Assembly: GCA_021792095.1 (NCBI GenBank) | Contig: JAJYVH010000001.1 | Span: 125,974-189,973, forward strand | DNA: 64,000 nucleotides | Direction: 5' to 3' | Source: Candidatus Micrarchaeota archaeon | GTDB lineage: Archaea > Micrarchaeota > Micrarchaeia > Micrarchaeales > CABMGC01 | Shown here: positions 54,966-64,000 of the stretch, one piece after another | Numbering within the stretch: position 1 is the first letter of the stretch | How the letters are laid out: each line of letters begins with the position of its first letter | Notes under the pieces: model-generated | Told to the model about the DNA's origin: nothing | What the model saw: only the letters and a program-made list of their open reading frames with translations | Databases searched by the model: none | Made by a program: the position numbers and the translations under genes

Positions 54966-56021
54966 CTATTCCTTCTCCTTCCTGCCCTTGGCGTGCTCCT
55001 GCGTGTTCTTTATCGTGAGCTTCACCACGCCTGTGCCGAGCGGTATCTGCTTGCCTATCAGTATGTTCTCTGTGACGCCGCGCATGTAGTCCGACTGGCC
55101 GAACGCCGCCGCGTTTATGAGGTGCTTGACCGTCTCCTCGAAAGCGGCCTTGGCGAAAACGGACTCCTTGCTGCCGACCAGGCCGTGCCTGCCTATGCTC
55201 TTTATGGTGCCGCTCGCCGTCATCGCGTCGGCTACGAGCGTTATGTGCCTGTCGCTTACCGTTATGTCCTGGTCCTTGAGCGTCTTCGCTACCTCGGACG
55301 CAAGCACGTTCCTCGCTGCCTCTATGCCGAAGACCCTGTACGCAGCGAACGCGTCGTTGGTGTACACCCTCGTGGGATCTACGCCCTCAACGTCCAGCAC
55401 TGCATCTATGCCGTTGCCAGTGGCGTCTATATAGAACTCGCCAGTCTTCTCATCCTGCGACACCATCGCCCTGCCTGCGCCCTCTATGCCGTTTATCAGC
55501 GTCTTTGCCGCCCTGACCGCAATGGCCCTGACCTCCTTCAGGTTCTTGATGTGCGTGTGCAGTATCACGTTCCCGTGCTCGCCCACCCTCGCCTCCACGC
55601 CCAGCTGCTTGGCGAGCTTCGCGGACACCTGCCCCGGCGTGAGCTCTGCTATCTGCATGGCCTGCTGGTTGAGGATCACGAGTATCCTGCCCTTGGCGAA
55701 GTTCTCCACCATGCGCCTCATTATGTCCCTGAGCCGTATCTCGCTTATCCTCTTCGCCGTTTCCTCGGCCTTCGGGAAGCTCTTCGCGTAGCTCTCCTTG
55801 AGCATTATGCGCATCAGCGGCGAGGACGGCGCCTTCTTCGCGTCCAGCAGCTCTATTATCCTCGGAAGCCCCGACGTGGCTATCGCGGCATAGGACGCTA
55901 TGCCTGCGAAGTGGAACGTGCCTAGCACCATCTGCGTGCCTGGTTCTCCCAGCGACTGCGCGGCCACCATGCCGACCGGCTCGCCGGGCTGCACTTCAAG
56001 GTTGACTCTCTTGTTCTGCAT
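54966..56021 (-). CDS. rpoA2: RNA polymerase subunit A'' (Rpo1C)
   Basis: GEPVG.VAAQSLGEPGTQM..TFHFAG, GLPR, GIEAAR, AAFE, GVTENI. Confidence 0.97.
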   Translation of the reverse strand: MQNKRVNLEVQPGEPVGMVAAQSLGEPGTQMVLGTFHFAGIASYAAIATSGLPRIIELLDAKKAPSSPLMRIMLKESYAKSFPKAEETAKRISEIRLRDIMRRMVENFAKGRILVILNQQAMQIAELTPGQVSAKLAKQLGVEARVGEHGNVILHTHIKNLKEVRAIAVRAAKTLINGIEGAGRAMVSQDEKTGEFYIDATGNGIDAVLDVEGVDPTRVYTNDAFAAYRVFGIEAARNVLASEVAKTLKDQDITVSDRHITLVADAMTASGTIKSIGRHGLVGSKESVFAKAAFEETVKHLINAAAFGQSDYMRGVTENILIGKQIPLGTGVVKLTIKNTQEHAKGRKEKE

Positions 56022-56025
56022 AGCA

Positions 56026-58590
56026 TCACTCCTCCTTCTCCAGCTTGGCCATCTGCACCCTCGTGGGGTCTATGCCGTCTCCGCCGTATATCGTCTGCAC
56101 CATGTTGTTGCCCACGTCCCTCACGCTCTTGTCGCTGGCGACGTAGTAGTCCTGGAGCGCGTTCGCAAGCCTGCGCTGCAGGTAGCCGCTCCTCTGCGTG
56201 ACTAGGCCCTTCTGCATTATGCTGCCCCTTCCGGCTATGGCGTGCATCATAAGCTCCACAGGCGCGAGGCCGTCCACGAAGCCCGACTCTATGAAGCCGT
56301 GCGCGGAGGTGTTGCTATCGCCGGCCTTCAGGTGCGGTATGACGCGCCTGCTGTAGTAGCCGCGCTTGACCCTGCTTCCGTCCCTGGCCGTCTGCTGGCC
56401 GAGGAACATGCTCATCTGCTCCATGTTCAGCACGTTGGCCCTGGCGCCGGAGTTGGCCATGAGCATCGTTATGTTGTCCTTTGGCACCCGCCTGGTGAGC
56501 TCCTGTATGGCCCTGCTCCTTGCCATGTCAAGCTCCACCACTATCATCTGCTCGAGCGACTGCCTGAGCGTAAGCCCGAGGAGCGGTTCCAGCTTCTTGT
56601 CCCTGTACTGCTTTATCAGTTCGGCCACTTTCCTGTGCGTTGCCGCCAGCGTGTCCGCCTTGCTCTTCAGAGTGTCTGCCGTGCCCAGGTACTCCTTGAC
56701 GCCGAGCGAGACGCCGATCGTGGTCGCGTAGGCGTAGGAAAGCTTCGATGACTTGGCTATGAACTCGCGCAGCGTGTCGAAGCCGTACTGCATCGCTATC
56801 GTTGCGAAGAGCCTGTTGCTGGCCCCGCCTCCGTACACCTTCTTGTCTATGATACCTTCCAGCAGCTGCCCCTTCCTTATGGACACGCGCCTGTCCCCGG
56901 ACCCGTACTCGAGCGTAAGGTCCTCGGGAAGAAGCATGGAGAATATCGACTTGCCAGAGTACGTGCCGTCGCGCTCTGGCTTCGGAAGGCCCCTTATCTG
57001 TGCGGTGCTCAGCAGGTAGCTCGCGTCCTCCTTGCTCAGCCTGGTGCCGTCCTGGGTCAGCAGGAAGAGCGCTATTATGCTGTCCTCGCCGTTGGCCATT
57101 ATCACTATGCCGTCCCTAGGCGAGAAGATCTGGTACTGCGCCTCCATCAGGTACTTCGCCTCGGCCTGCGACTCCAGCGTCTGGGGTATGTGCAGGTTCA
57201 TCTCGTCTCCGTCGAAGTCTGCGTTGTACGGGAATGTGGCGGGGTATGATATCCTGAACGTCTTGCCTGGCAGCACCCTGACCCTGTGGGCCATTATGCT
57301 TATCCTGTGCAGCGAAGGCTGCCTGTTGAACAGCGCCATGTCTCCGTCCTGCAGCTGCCGCTCAAGGACGTAGCCGGGCCTAACCTCCTTCGCCAGCTCC
57401 TCCTTGTTCGCCTCTAGCACCCTCTTGCGCTTGCCGTCGGGCGCTATGATGTTGAGCACCATCGGGTACTCGTTCCTGGCCAGGAGCGCCTTCGCGGCGT
57501 CGAAGTTCCACTCCGTGACGTAGAAGGGCACGGTCATGACCTCGGCTATCGCCCGGGGCACGCCCACCTCGTCCATGTCTATGGCTGGCTCGACGCTGAT
57601 CACTGTCCTAGCAGAGTAGTTGACACGCTTGCCGGAAAGGTTATACCTGAAACGCCCCTCCTTGCCCTTGAGCCTCTGCGCGAGCGTCTTCAGCGCCCTC
57701 CCGCTCCTGTGCCTTGCGGGCGGTATGCCCGACGTCTCGTTGTTGAAATAGGTTGTTATGTGGTACTGCAGCAGCTCCCAGAGGTCGTCTATGATTATCT
57801 GCGGCGCCCCGGCGTTTATGTTCTGCTCGAGCCTCTGGTTGATCCTCATTATGTCCACGAGCTTGTGCGTCAGGTCGTCCTCGCTCCTCTCGCCTGTCTC
57901 CAGCGTTATGCTGGGCCTGGTGGTCACCGGCGGCACCAGCAGCGTGGTGAGCACGAATCTCTCCGGCCTGCTCACCTTGGGGTCTACGCCGAGCACTGCG
58001 AGGTCGCTGTCGCTCACCTTGACGAGCATGTCCTTGAGCTCGTCGGGCTTCAGCCTGCGCTCGCCTAGGTAGAAGTACGTGGGCATCGAGAACTTGAGCT
58101 TCTCCTGGACCGTGCCGCAGTGCGGGCACTTCTTTACGCCCTTGAGCTTCCTTAGCATCGCCTGCTCGGCGTGCTTGTCTCCCGGCTCGGCGCTCTCGGG
58201 CAGGGGCTCGTCGCTCTCCAGCTCCTTGCCTGTCTCCTTCTTGAAAGTGGCTAGCTGCTCGTTGTTCAGCAGTATCCTGTGGCACTTCTGGCACGTCGCC
58301 TGTAGCACCATGTATATTATCTTCGCGAACTCGGCGTGCACCACAGGCCTCACCATCTCTACGTGGCCGAAGTGGCCGGGGCAGACCTTCGCCCTGCCGC
58401 CGCACGTCTTGCACACCAGGCCCGGGTCTACGACGCCGAGGCGCTGGTCGAGCAGACCGCCGTCGATGGGGTAGCCATCCTCGTTGTACGTGTCGGGCAC
58501 TGTGAGCTTGGCCACGCTCATGCGCTTTATCTGCTCCTCTGAGAACACGCCGAACTTTATCTCCTTTATTACCTCTGCTTGCAGCGTCAT
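56026..58590 (-). CDS. rpoA1: RNA polymerase subunit A' (Rpo1N)
   Basis: CPGHFGH, GKRVNYSAR, NRQPSLH, catalytic YNADFDGDEMN, SGYLQRRL; start MTLQAEVIK at 58590. Confidence 0.98.
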   Translation of the reverse strand: MTLQAEVIKEIKFGVFSEEQIKRMSVAKLTVPDTYNEDGYPIDGGLLDQRLGVVDPGLVCKTCGGRAKVCPGHFGHVEMVRPVVHAEFAKIIYMVLQATCQKCHRILLNNEQLATFKKETGKELESDEPLPESAEPGDKHAEQAMLRKLKGVKKCPHCGTVQEKLKFSMPTYFYLGERRLKPDELKDMLVKVSDSDLAVLGVDPKVSRPERFVLTTLLVPPVTTRPSITLETGERSEDDLTHKLVDIMRINQRLEQNINAGAPQIIIDDLWELLQYHITTYFNNETSGIPPARHRSGRALKTLAQRLKGKEGRFRYNLSGKRVNYSARTVISVEPAIDMDEVGVPRAIAEVMTVPFYVTEWNFDAAKALLARNEYPMVLNIIAPDGKRKRVLEANKEELAKEVRPGYVLERQLQDGDMALFNRQPSLHRISIMAHRVRVLPGKTFRISYPATFPYNADFDGDEMNLHIPQTLESQAEAKYLMEAQYQIFSPRDGIVIMANGEDSIIALFLLTQDGTRLSKEDASYLLSTAQIRGLPKPERDGTYSGKSIFSMLLPEDLTLEYGSGDRRVSIRKGQLLEGIIDKKVYGGGASNRLFATIAMQYGFDTLREFIAKSSKLSYAYATTIGVSLGVKEYLGTADTLKSKADTLAATHRKVAELIKQYRDKKLEPLLGLTLRQSLEQMIVVELDMARSRAIQELTRRVPKDNITMLMANSGARANVLNMEQMSMFLGQQTARDGSRVKRGYYSRRVIPHLKAGDSNTSAHGFIESGFVDGLAPVELMMHAIAGRGSIMQKGLVTQRSGYLQRRLANALQDYYVASDKSVRDVGNNMVQTIYGGDGIDPTRVQMAKLEKEE

Positions 58591-60419
58591 TCTTCCACCC
58601 TTATCCTGGGACTTATGTGCAGGCTCCTTATCTCGTCGAGCAGCAGCTTGAAGGCGTAGCTTATCTCCACGTCCACCAGGTTGGTGCTGCCGCAGAGCGG
58701 GCAGACGCTGGCGCGCTTTGCGAAGTCCCTGTAGCCTGTGCTCCCGCAGTCCCTGCATATTAGTATCGGCGCCTTGTCGCTCTGGTCCAGCATCCTCTCC
58801 TTGACCGCCATGCTGGCCCCGTAGCCCACCAGCACGTCGCGCTCCATCTCACCGAACCTGAGCCCTCCGAGCCTGGCCTTGCCCTCCGTGGGCTGGTGCG
58901 TGAGTATCTGCACGGTGCCCCTGCTCCTGACCTGCATCTTGTTGCTGACCATGTGGTGCAGCCTGTTGTAGTAGAGCACGCCTGTGAACAGCTTGGCCCC
59001 GAACACCTTGCCCGTTACGCCGTTGTACAGCGTCTCCTCGCCCGACTTCTCGAACCCGTGCGCCTCCATGACCCTGCCGTACTCCTCTACCCTGCTCCTG
59101 CCCCTCTGAGTGAACGAGGTGCCGTCCTGCCTGACGCCCTTGAGCGCGCCCGCCTTGGCGCCGAAGGCCTCGAGCAGGTAGCCGAACGTCATCCTGCCGG
59201 GTATGGCGTGCGGGTTGAGTATAAGGTCTGGCTTTATGCCCTGCTCCGTGAAAGGCATGTCCTCCTCGGGCACTACGAGCGCGACCACTCCCTTCTGCCC
59301 GTGCCTGCTGCCGAACTTGTCGCCTGTCTCCGGAATCTTTATGCTCCTGACGCGCACCTTGACTATCCTTGTGGCCCCGGGAGACTCGCTGAATATGACG
59401 TCGTCGACTATGCCCTTCTCGCCCGGCTTCAGCGCCACGGAGTCGTCGCGCATCTTCTCCTCCAGGCCGCCGGTGCCTATGCTCTCCTCGAGGAACCTGG
59501 GCGGAGCAACCTTGCCTATCAGCACGTCGCCCTCGCTCACCTCGGTCTCGGGCTCTATGACCCCGTCCTCGCTGAGCTTCGAGTAGGCGTGCTCGCCGAG
59601 GTAGCCCTCGGTGGTCGCGGGAGGTATCTTGAACGTGTCCTTCTGGCCTCCAGGATACCTGCGCTCCTCGTCGGAGTACGTCTTGAAGAACATGCTGCGC
59701 GCCAGCCCCCTGTCCACTGCGCCCTTGTTGATGACGATAGCATCCTGCATGTTGTATCCGTAGTAAGTAGCCACAGCTATGACGAAGTTCTGGCCCGACG
59801 CGTGCTTAGCCATCTTCACAGACTCGTAAGTGGCCGTGGTCATCATCGGCGCCTGCGGGTAGTAGAGTACGTATGCCCTGGACTCGTACCTCAGGTTGAA
59901 GTTGGTCGCGTACAAGCCCTGCGCCTGCTTTATGTAGCTGGCAGACATCAGCTCCCTAGGGGCCGCGTTCGTCTCCGGGAACGGGCTCGTGCTGATCGTG
60001 AACCCGAACACTGCGGCCGGGTCCGCCTCGAGGTGCGTGGACTCCTGCGTTATCTCGCTCTCTTCCATAGCGACGAGCGCATTCTCCTCCTCTTCAGCGT
60101 CGAGGAGCTCCACTATGCCGTTCCTGATCAGGTAGTTGAAGTCTATCTCCTTCTTGTCCAGCTTCTCCAGCAGCTCCTTGGTGAGCTTGCTCTGCCCGTT
60201 CTCCACTATTATGTACGGCTTCCTCACCCTGCCCCTGTCAGCGTTGACGTGCACCTCGTTGAGCTTCTTTATGTAGGCGACGTTGACCTCGCCTGATATA
60301 AGCCCCTTCCTGCGCATCGCCCTTACCTCGCTTATGTATGCCATCGGGTCGGATACAGTGCCTATGCTCCTGCCGTTGAGCAGTACGTAACATTTAGTGC
60401 TAACCTGCGCCTTCGCCAT
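58587..60419 (-). CDS. rpoB1: RNA polymerase subunit B' (Rpo2C)
   Basis: GYNMQDA, GDKFGSRHGQKG, NPHAIPGRMT, GGLRFGEMERD, C-terminal zinc ribbon. Confidence 0.98.
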   Translation of the reverse strand: MAKAQVSTKCYVLLNGRSIGTVSDPMAYISEVRAMRRKGLISGEVNVAYIKKLNEVHVNADRGRVRKPYIIVENGQSKLTKELLEKLDKKEIDFNYLIRNGIVELLDAEEEENALVAMEESEITQESTHLEADPAAVFGFTISTSPFPETNAAPRELMSASYIKQAQGLYATNFNLRYESRAYVLYYPQAPMMTTATYESVKMAKHASGQNFVIAVATYYGYNMQDAIVINKGAVDRGLARSMFFKTYSDEERRYPGGQKDTFKIPPATTEGYLGEHAYSKLSEDGVIEPETEVSEGDVLIGKVAPPRFLEESIGTGGLEEKMRDDSVALKPGEKGIVDDVIFSESPGATRIVKVRVRSIKIPETGDKFGSRHGQKGVVALVVPEEDMPFTEQGIKPDLILNPHAIPGRMTFGYLLEAFGAKAGALKGVRQDGTSFTQRGRSRVEEYGRVMEAHGFEKSGEETLYNGVTGKVFGAKLFTGVLYYNRLHHMVSNKMQVRSRGTVQILTHQPTEGKARLGGLRFGEMERDVLVGYGASMAVKERMLDQSDKAPILICRDCGSTGYRDFAKRASVCPLCGSTNLVDVEISYAFKLLLDEIRSLHISPRIRVEE

Positions 60420-61892
60420 CTAATCCACCAGCCCCTTAACCTCCTTCAGCTTGCCCTCGACCTGATTCTCCTCTGCGCCCACGCTTATCTTGGCCATCAG
60501 CGCCAGGTACTTGGTCAGGCCCACGTCGAGCCCCTCGGGCGTCTCTATCACGCATATCTTGCCCCACTGCGTGCCGTGGACGTCCCTGGCGTTGAAGTGC
60601 GGGTGCCTCTTCGCGAGCGGAGACTTGACTCGCCTCAGGTTCGCCACTGCGCTCGTCAGGTTTGTCCTGTCCAGGACCTGCGATATGCCTGTCTGCCCGG
60701 CCACCCACGTTCCGGTGCCCATTGCATACAGTATCTTCTCTGTCATCGTCTCGGGGCTTATTATCGTGGGTATGCTGAGCTTCCTGCCCCTGGCGCTAGC
60801 GCGCTCTATCTGGTACTTGACGTCCTTGACGAAGAACTTGAAAGCGTAAGCGAAGAGCTCCTCCATCAGCTGGCCTGCGAACTTGACACGCTTGTTGGCG
60901 TAATGGTCCTTGTCGTCAACGCTGGCGAGGTTGTTGGCGGTCATGCTGACCCTGCGAGCCATCTGGATCAGGTACCTGCCCTTGTCCTTCCTGGAATCCG
61001 GCTTCATGCCTATATGCGGCAGCAGGTAGGTGTCGAGCTGCGTCTCCGCCTTCTTGGTCTGGTACTCCTTGGCCTGGCCCGGCGCCGAGAACTTGCCCAG
61101 CTCGAGCAGCGCCTCGCTCGGGCCCATATCCTTGGCCTCGCTCAGCTCTATGTTGAGCAGCATGTCGTTCTTGTAGACGAGCAGGTCGCTGGCGGCCTCT
61201 ATGGCCTCGTTGACCGATATGCCCAGCGCCCTAAGCAGGAGCACGAAGCCCACAGGCTTGTGCAGCGTCGGGAACTCCACGTTCAGCACCCCGTTCTGGT
61301 TCCTGACCACCGATGTCGGCGCCCTGAAGCCTGGCGCGGTGGAGAACACCTTGCCCACCACCTCGGCGTCGCTGCGCTCCTTGCTGACTATGACCCTGTT
61401 GGGCGCTATGTCCTCAAGGCCTATGAGCACGCGCTCTGTGCCCTTGATTATGAAGTAGCCGCCCGGGTCGTCGGGATCCTCGCCGTTCTCCACGAGCTGG
61501 TTCCTTGTCATCGTCCTGAAGTGGCAGAGGTTGCTGCGCACCAGCACCGGCAGCTCCCCTATGAACACCTCGCCGTACGACGCCTCCTTCTCTATGCCCC
61601 TTATCACCGGCACGAACTCCAGGAACATAGGGGCAGAGTAGGTGAGGTTCCTCAACCTTGCCTCGTTCGGCAGTATGTAGCGCCTCGAGCTGTCTGCCTC
61701 TATAACAGAGGGCTTGTCCAGCCTTATCTTCCCGAGCTTCAGCGCGAAGCCCTCGACGCTCGGCTCTATGAGCCCCTGCTGGTCTATTATCTTCTGCAGG
61801 TCGTTAGCCACGAACCTGTTGTAGCTCTCCACCTGGTGCTGCACCAGCGAATTGGACGCAAGGAACGACTCTAGCAAAACATTCTTGGACAT
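60420..61892 (-). CDS. rpoB2: RNA polymerase subunit B'' (Rpo2N)
   Basis: SYNRF, PNEARLRNLTYSAP, DPGGYFII.G.ER, DKDHYANKR, ETPEG. Confidence 0.97.
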   Translation of the reverse strand: MSKNVLLESFLASNSLVQHQVESYNRFVANDLQKIIDQQGLIEPSVEGFALKLGKIRLDKPSVIEADSSRRYILPNEARLRNLTYSAPMFLEFVPVIRGIEKEASYGEVFIGELPVLVRSNLCHFRTMTRNQLVENGEDPDDPGGYFIIKGTERVLIGLEDIAPNRVIVSKERSDAEVVGKVFSTAPGFRAPTSVVRNQNGVLNVEFPTLHKPVGFVLLLRALGISVNEAIEAASDLLVYKNDMLLNIELSEAKDMGPSEALLELGKFSAPGQAKEYQTKKAETQLDTYLLPHIGMKPDSRKDKGRYLIQMARRVSMTANNLASVDDKDHYANKRVKFAGQLMEELFAYAFKFFVKDVKYQIERASARGRKLSIPTIISPETMTEKILYAMGTGTWVAGQTGISQVLDRTNLTSAVANLRRVKSPLAKRHPHFNARDVHGTQWGKICVIETPEGLDVGLTKYLALMAKISVGAEENQVEGKLKEVKGLVD

Positions 61893-61901
61893 AAGCACCA
61901 A

Positions 61902-62138
61902 CTATTCCTCCACGACCTGCCTGTAGTACTTGTACTTCTTCCCGAAATCGTTCCTGTCCATCTCCAGTATGTCGCCAGGCTTGGCGCCCAGCGCGACCGC
62001 CTGCGGGTCCGTGTTCAGCATCTTGGGCAGGTTGTTGGCCGCAAGGCCCAGCCTCTTCAGCAGGGCGCTGGCCTCGCTGGGGCTCAGTATCTTGTGTGGG
62101 GGCACGAGCTCATTCGCAGGCCTATTCAAAAACACCAC
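61902..62138 (-). CDS. rpoH: RNA polymerase subunit H (Rpo5)
   Basis: LVPPHKIL, LPK...DP, GAKPGDI, YYRQV; first gene of the rpo operon. Confidence 0.95.
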   Translation of the reverse strand: MVFLNRPANELVPPHKILSPSEASALLKRLGLAANNLPKMLNTDPQAVALGAKPGDILEMDRNDFGKKYKYYRQVVEE

Positions 62139-62262
62139 TTAACCTGAAAAAAGATTGGGCTAGCTAGACGCAAGGAGCACAGCATACATTTAAGTGTGAA
62201 ACATTTATTAATTAGTAGCCGCGGGCTGAACTTCCACTAAAAAGGGCCGTTTGAGGGGCAGC

Positions 62263-63237
62263 ATGCTTGTGCTTGGCATAGAAAGCAGCGCGCACACGTT
62301 CGGCGCAGGCGTAGTGGAGCGCGGCATGGTTCTGGCCAACGAGAAGCGCATGTACAGGATAGGCACCAAGGGCATGATACCGGCGAGGGTGGCCGAGCTG
62401 CACGCTAAGAATGCGGCTCCGGTGATAAAGGCGGCGCTCGACAGGGCGGGCATAGCCGCAGAGGACATCGGGGGCGTGGGCTACACCAGGGGTCCCGGCA
62501 TGGGGCCGTGCCTGCAGGTAGGCATGCTCGCTGCGAAGACGCTGGCTGACAGGCTCCGCGTCCCCATAGTGCCCGTCAACCACGCCGTGGCTCATGTGGA
62601 GATAGCCAAGAAGGAGGCGGGGCTGAAGAATCCCATAGCGCTCTACGTCAGCGGCGGTAACTCGCAGATACTCAGGCTCGAGGAGAAGCCGAGCAGGCAC
62701 TACACCGTGCTCGGCGAGACCTTCGACATAGGCGTGGGCAACATGCTCGACGCGTTCGCCAGGGGCATAGGGCTCAACCCGGCATGGGGCTCCACCGTGG
62801 CGATGGAGGCGAGGGGAGGCAGGTACATCGCAATGCCCTACACTGTCAAGGGGATGGACTTCTCCTTCACTGGCCTGCTCACCCACGCCTCCGGCTTGGC
62901 CAAGGACAGGAGCAGGAAGGACCTGTGCTACTCGATACAGGAAACTGCCTTTGCCATGCTCTGCGAGGCCACGGAGCGCGCCCTGCTTATGACGAACAGC
63001 AGCGAGCTGTGCGTATGCGGCGGGGTGGCGCAGAGCGAGAGGCTTAAGGAGATGCTAGCTGGCATGTGCAAGGAGCACAGGATAAGGTTCGGCTACGCAG
63101 GCAACGAGTACAACGCAGACAACGGCGCGATGATAGCCTACGCAGCGGAGAGGCTGATCGAGAAAGGGGTACACGCAAGGTTACGGGACTGCGACGTAAA
63201 GCAGCGCTACAGGATAGAGGAGGCTACGGTGCCATAG
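62263..63237 (+). CDS. kae1: tRNA t6A threonylcarbamoyltransferase Kae1 (KEOPS)
   Basis: LGIESSAH, GPGMGP.L, VNHAVAH, YVSGGN, GETFD, DNGAMIA. Confidence 0.97.
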   Translation: MLVLGIESSAHTFGAGVVERGMVLANEKRMYRIGTKGMIPARVAELHAKNAAPVIKAALDRAGIAAEDIGGVGYTRGPGMGPCLQVGMLAAKTLADRLRVPIVPVNHAVAHVEIAKKEAGLKNPIALYVSGGNSQILRLEEKPSRHYTVLGETFDIGVGNMLDAFARGIGLNPAWGSTVAMEARGGRYIAMPYTVKGMDFSFTGLLTHASGLAKDRSRKDLCYSIQETAFAMLCEATERALLMTNSSELCVCGGVAQSERLKEMLAGMCKEHRIRFGYAGNEYNADNGAMIAYAAERLIEKGVHARLRDCDVKQRYRIEEATVP

Positions 63238-63245
63238 GTGTCTGG

Positions 63246-63839
63246 ATGCGCACAAGAAAAACAGGAGAGGGCGCCGAGGCGCAGATCTTCGAGACCGGCA
63301 TGTTCGGCACGCGAGTGATAGCCAAGATAAGGCAGCCCAAGGCATACAGGATAGCTGCGCTCGACAGGGAACTCAGGAGGGGCAGGACCAGGAAGGAGGC
63401 GAGGGCCATGCTCAGGGCAAGGAACAGTGGCGTAAATGTGCCTGCCCTGCTGGCGCTCGGCGAGTACTCGATATACATGGAGAAGGTAGGGGGCAGGCTG
63501 CTGAAGGACACGAAGCCAGGCACCCAAACCTACGCCAAAATCGGGGGCGAGCTCGCGAAGATGCACAGGGCAGACATAGCCCACGGGGACTTCACGCCGG
63601 CGAACATACTGCTCGATAACGGAAATGTTTGCGTCATAGACTTCGGGCTGGCCGAAATAACGAAGAGCGTGGAGGAGAAGGCGCTGGACCTGCTGCTCAT
63701 GAAGCGCGCGGCGGGCAGGGAGGAGTTCGGCGCACTGCTCGGCTCTTACTCTAAAGAGTACGCAGGCTCTAAGCAAGTGCTTGACAGGCTTGCAGAAATA
63801 GAGAGGAGAGGCCGGTACCAGACAAGGACGCTGGCGTAA
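63246..63839 (+). CDS. bud32: KEOPS kinase/ATPase Bud32
   Basis: GAEA, K.R.PKAYR, RTRKEA, HGDFTPANI, IDFGL, IERRGRY. Confidence 0.95.
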   Translation: MRTRKTGEGAEAQIFETGMFGTRVIAKIRQPKAYRIAALDRELRRGRTRKEARAMLRARNSGVNVPALLALGEYSIYMEKVGGRLLKDTKPGTQTYAKIGGELAKMHRADIAHGDFTPANILLDNGNVCVIDFGLAEITKSVEEKALDLLLMKRAAGREEFGALLGSYSKEYAGSKQVLDRLAEIERRGRYQTRTLA

Positions 63840-63897
63840 AGCAGCTTAGGCTAATTTAATAGATACCTATAAATAGCTATAGCGCGATATAATAGAC

Positions 63898-64000
63898 ATG
63901 GAGACTACTACAATACAGATAAAGAGATCTCTGAAGAAGAAGCTTGACGAACTGAAGGCGCATCCTTCCGAGTCCATGAACTCTGTAATAGGTCGGCTGG
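63898..64000 (+). CDS. Ribbon-helix-helix/antitoxin-like small protein, 3'-truncated by the window edge
   Basis: METTTIQIKRSLKKKLDELKAHPSESMNSVIGRL. Confidence 0.65.
   Translation, partial: METTTIQIKRSLKKKLDELKAHPSESMNSVIGRL

Noticed and set aside
54966-61892. Split RNA polymerase large subunits as frameshifts
   Set aside because: B''/B' and A'/A'' splits are established archaeal arrangements, and the catalytic NADFDGD motif is intact.

Overview
Archaeal chromosomal segment of about 60% GC (by eye). It is most likely DPANN/Micrarchaeota-like; this is an inference from split rpoB''/rpoB' and rpoA'/rpoA'', S26e, several class III signal-peptide proteins, LamG pilin-like proteins and many ORFans. 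Most of the window is housekeeping: ftsZ, polX, gdhA, lhr plus metallophosphoesterase, RNase HI and HII, nfo, pyrG, mcm, class II RNR, MetAP, polB, a dnaK operon, the RNA polymerase operon, kae1/bud32 and four tRNAs (His, intron-containing Met, Arg, Ala). The most notable observations are: (1) a LAGLIDADG intein at the catalytic Cys of NrdJ that ends in Ser-Arg-Gly instead of His-Asn, so it lacks the residues for canonical splicing; (2) two paralogous LamG pilin-like genes with conserved GC-rich ends around divergent AT-rich cores, suggesting cassette exchange; (3) an AT-rich free-standing LAGLIDADG gene inserted between grpE and dnaK; (4) a tandem family of winged-helix ORFans with a duplicated promoter; (5) a radical SAM enzyme resembling GDGT-lipid-modifying Grs/Gms; (6) two tRNAs with C55 in the T-loop. 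No CRISPR array, rRNA, transposase, integrase or reverse transcriptase was seen. All calls come from motif recognition, without database searches.
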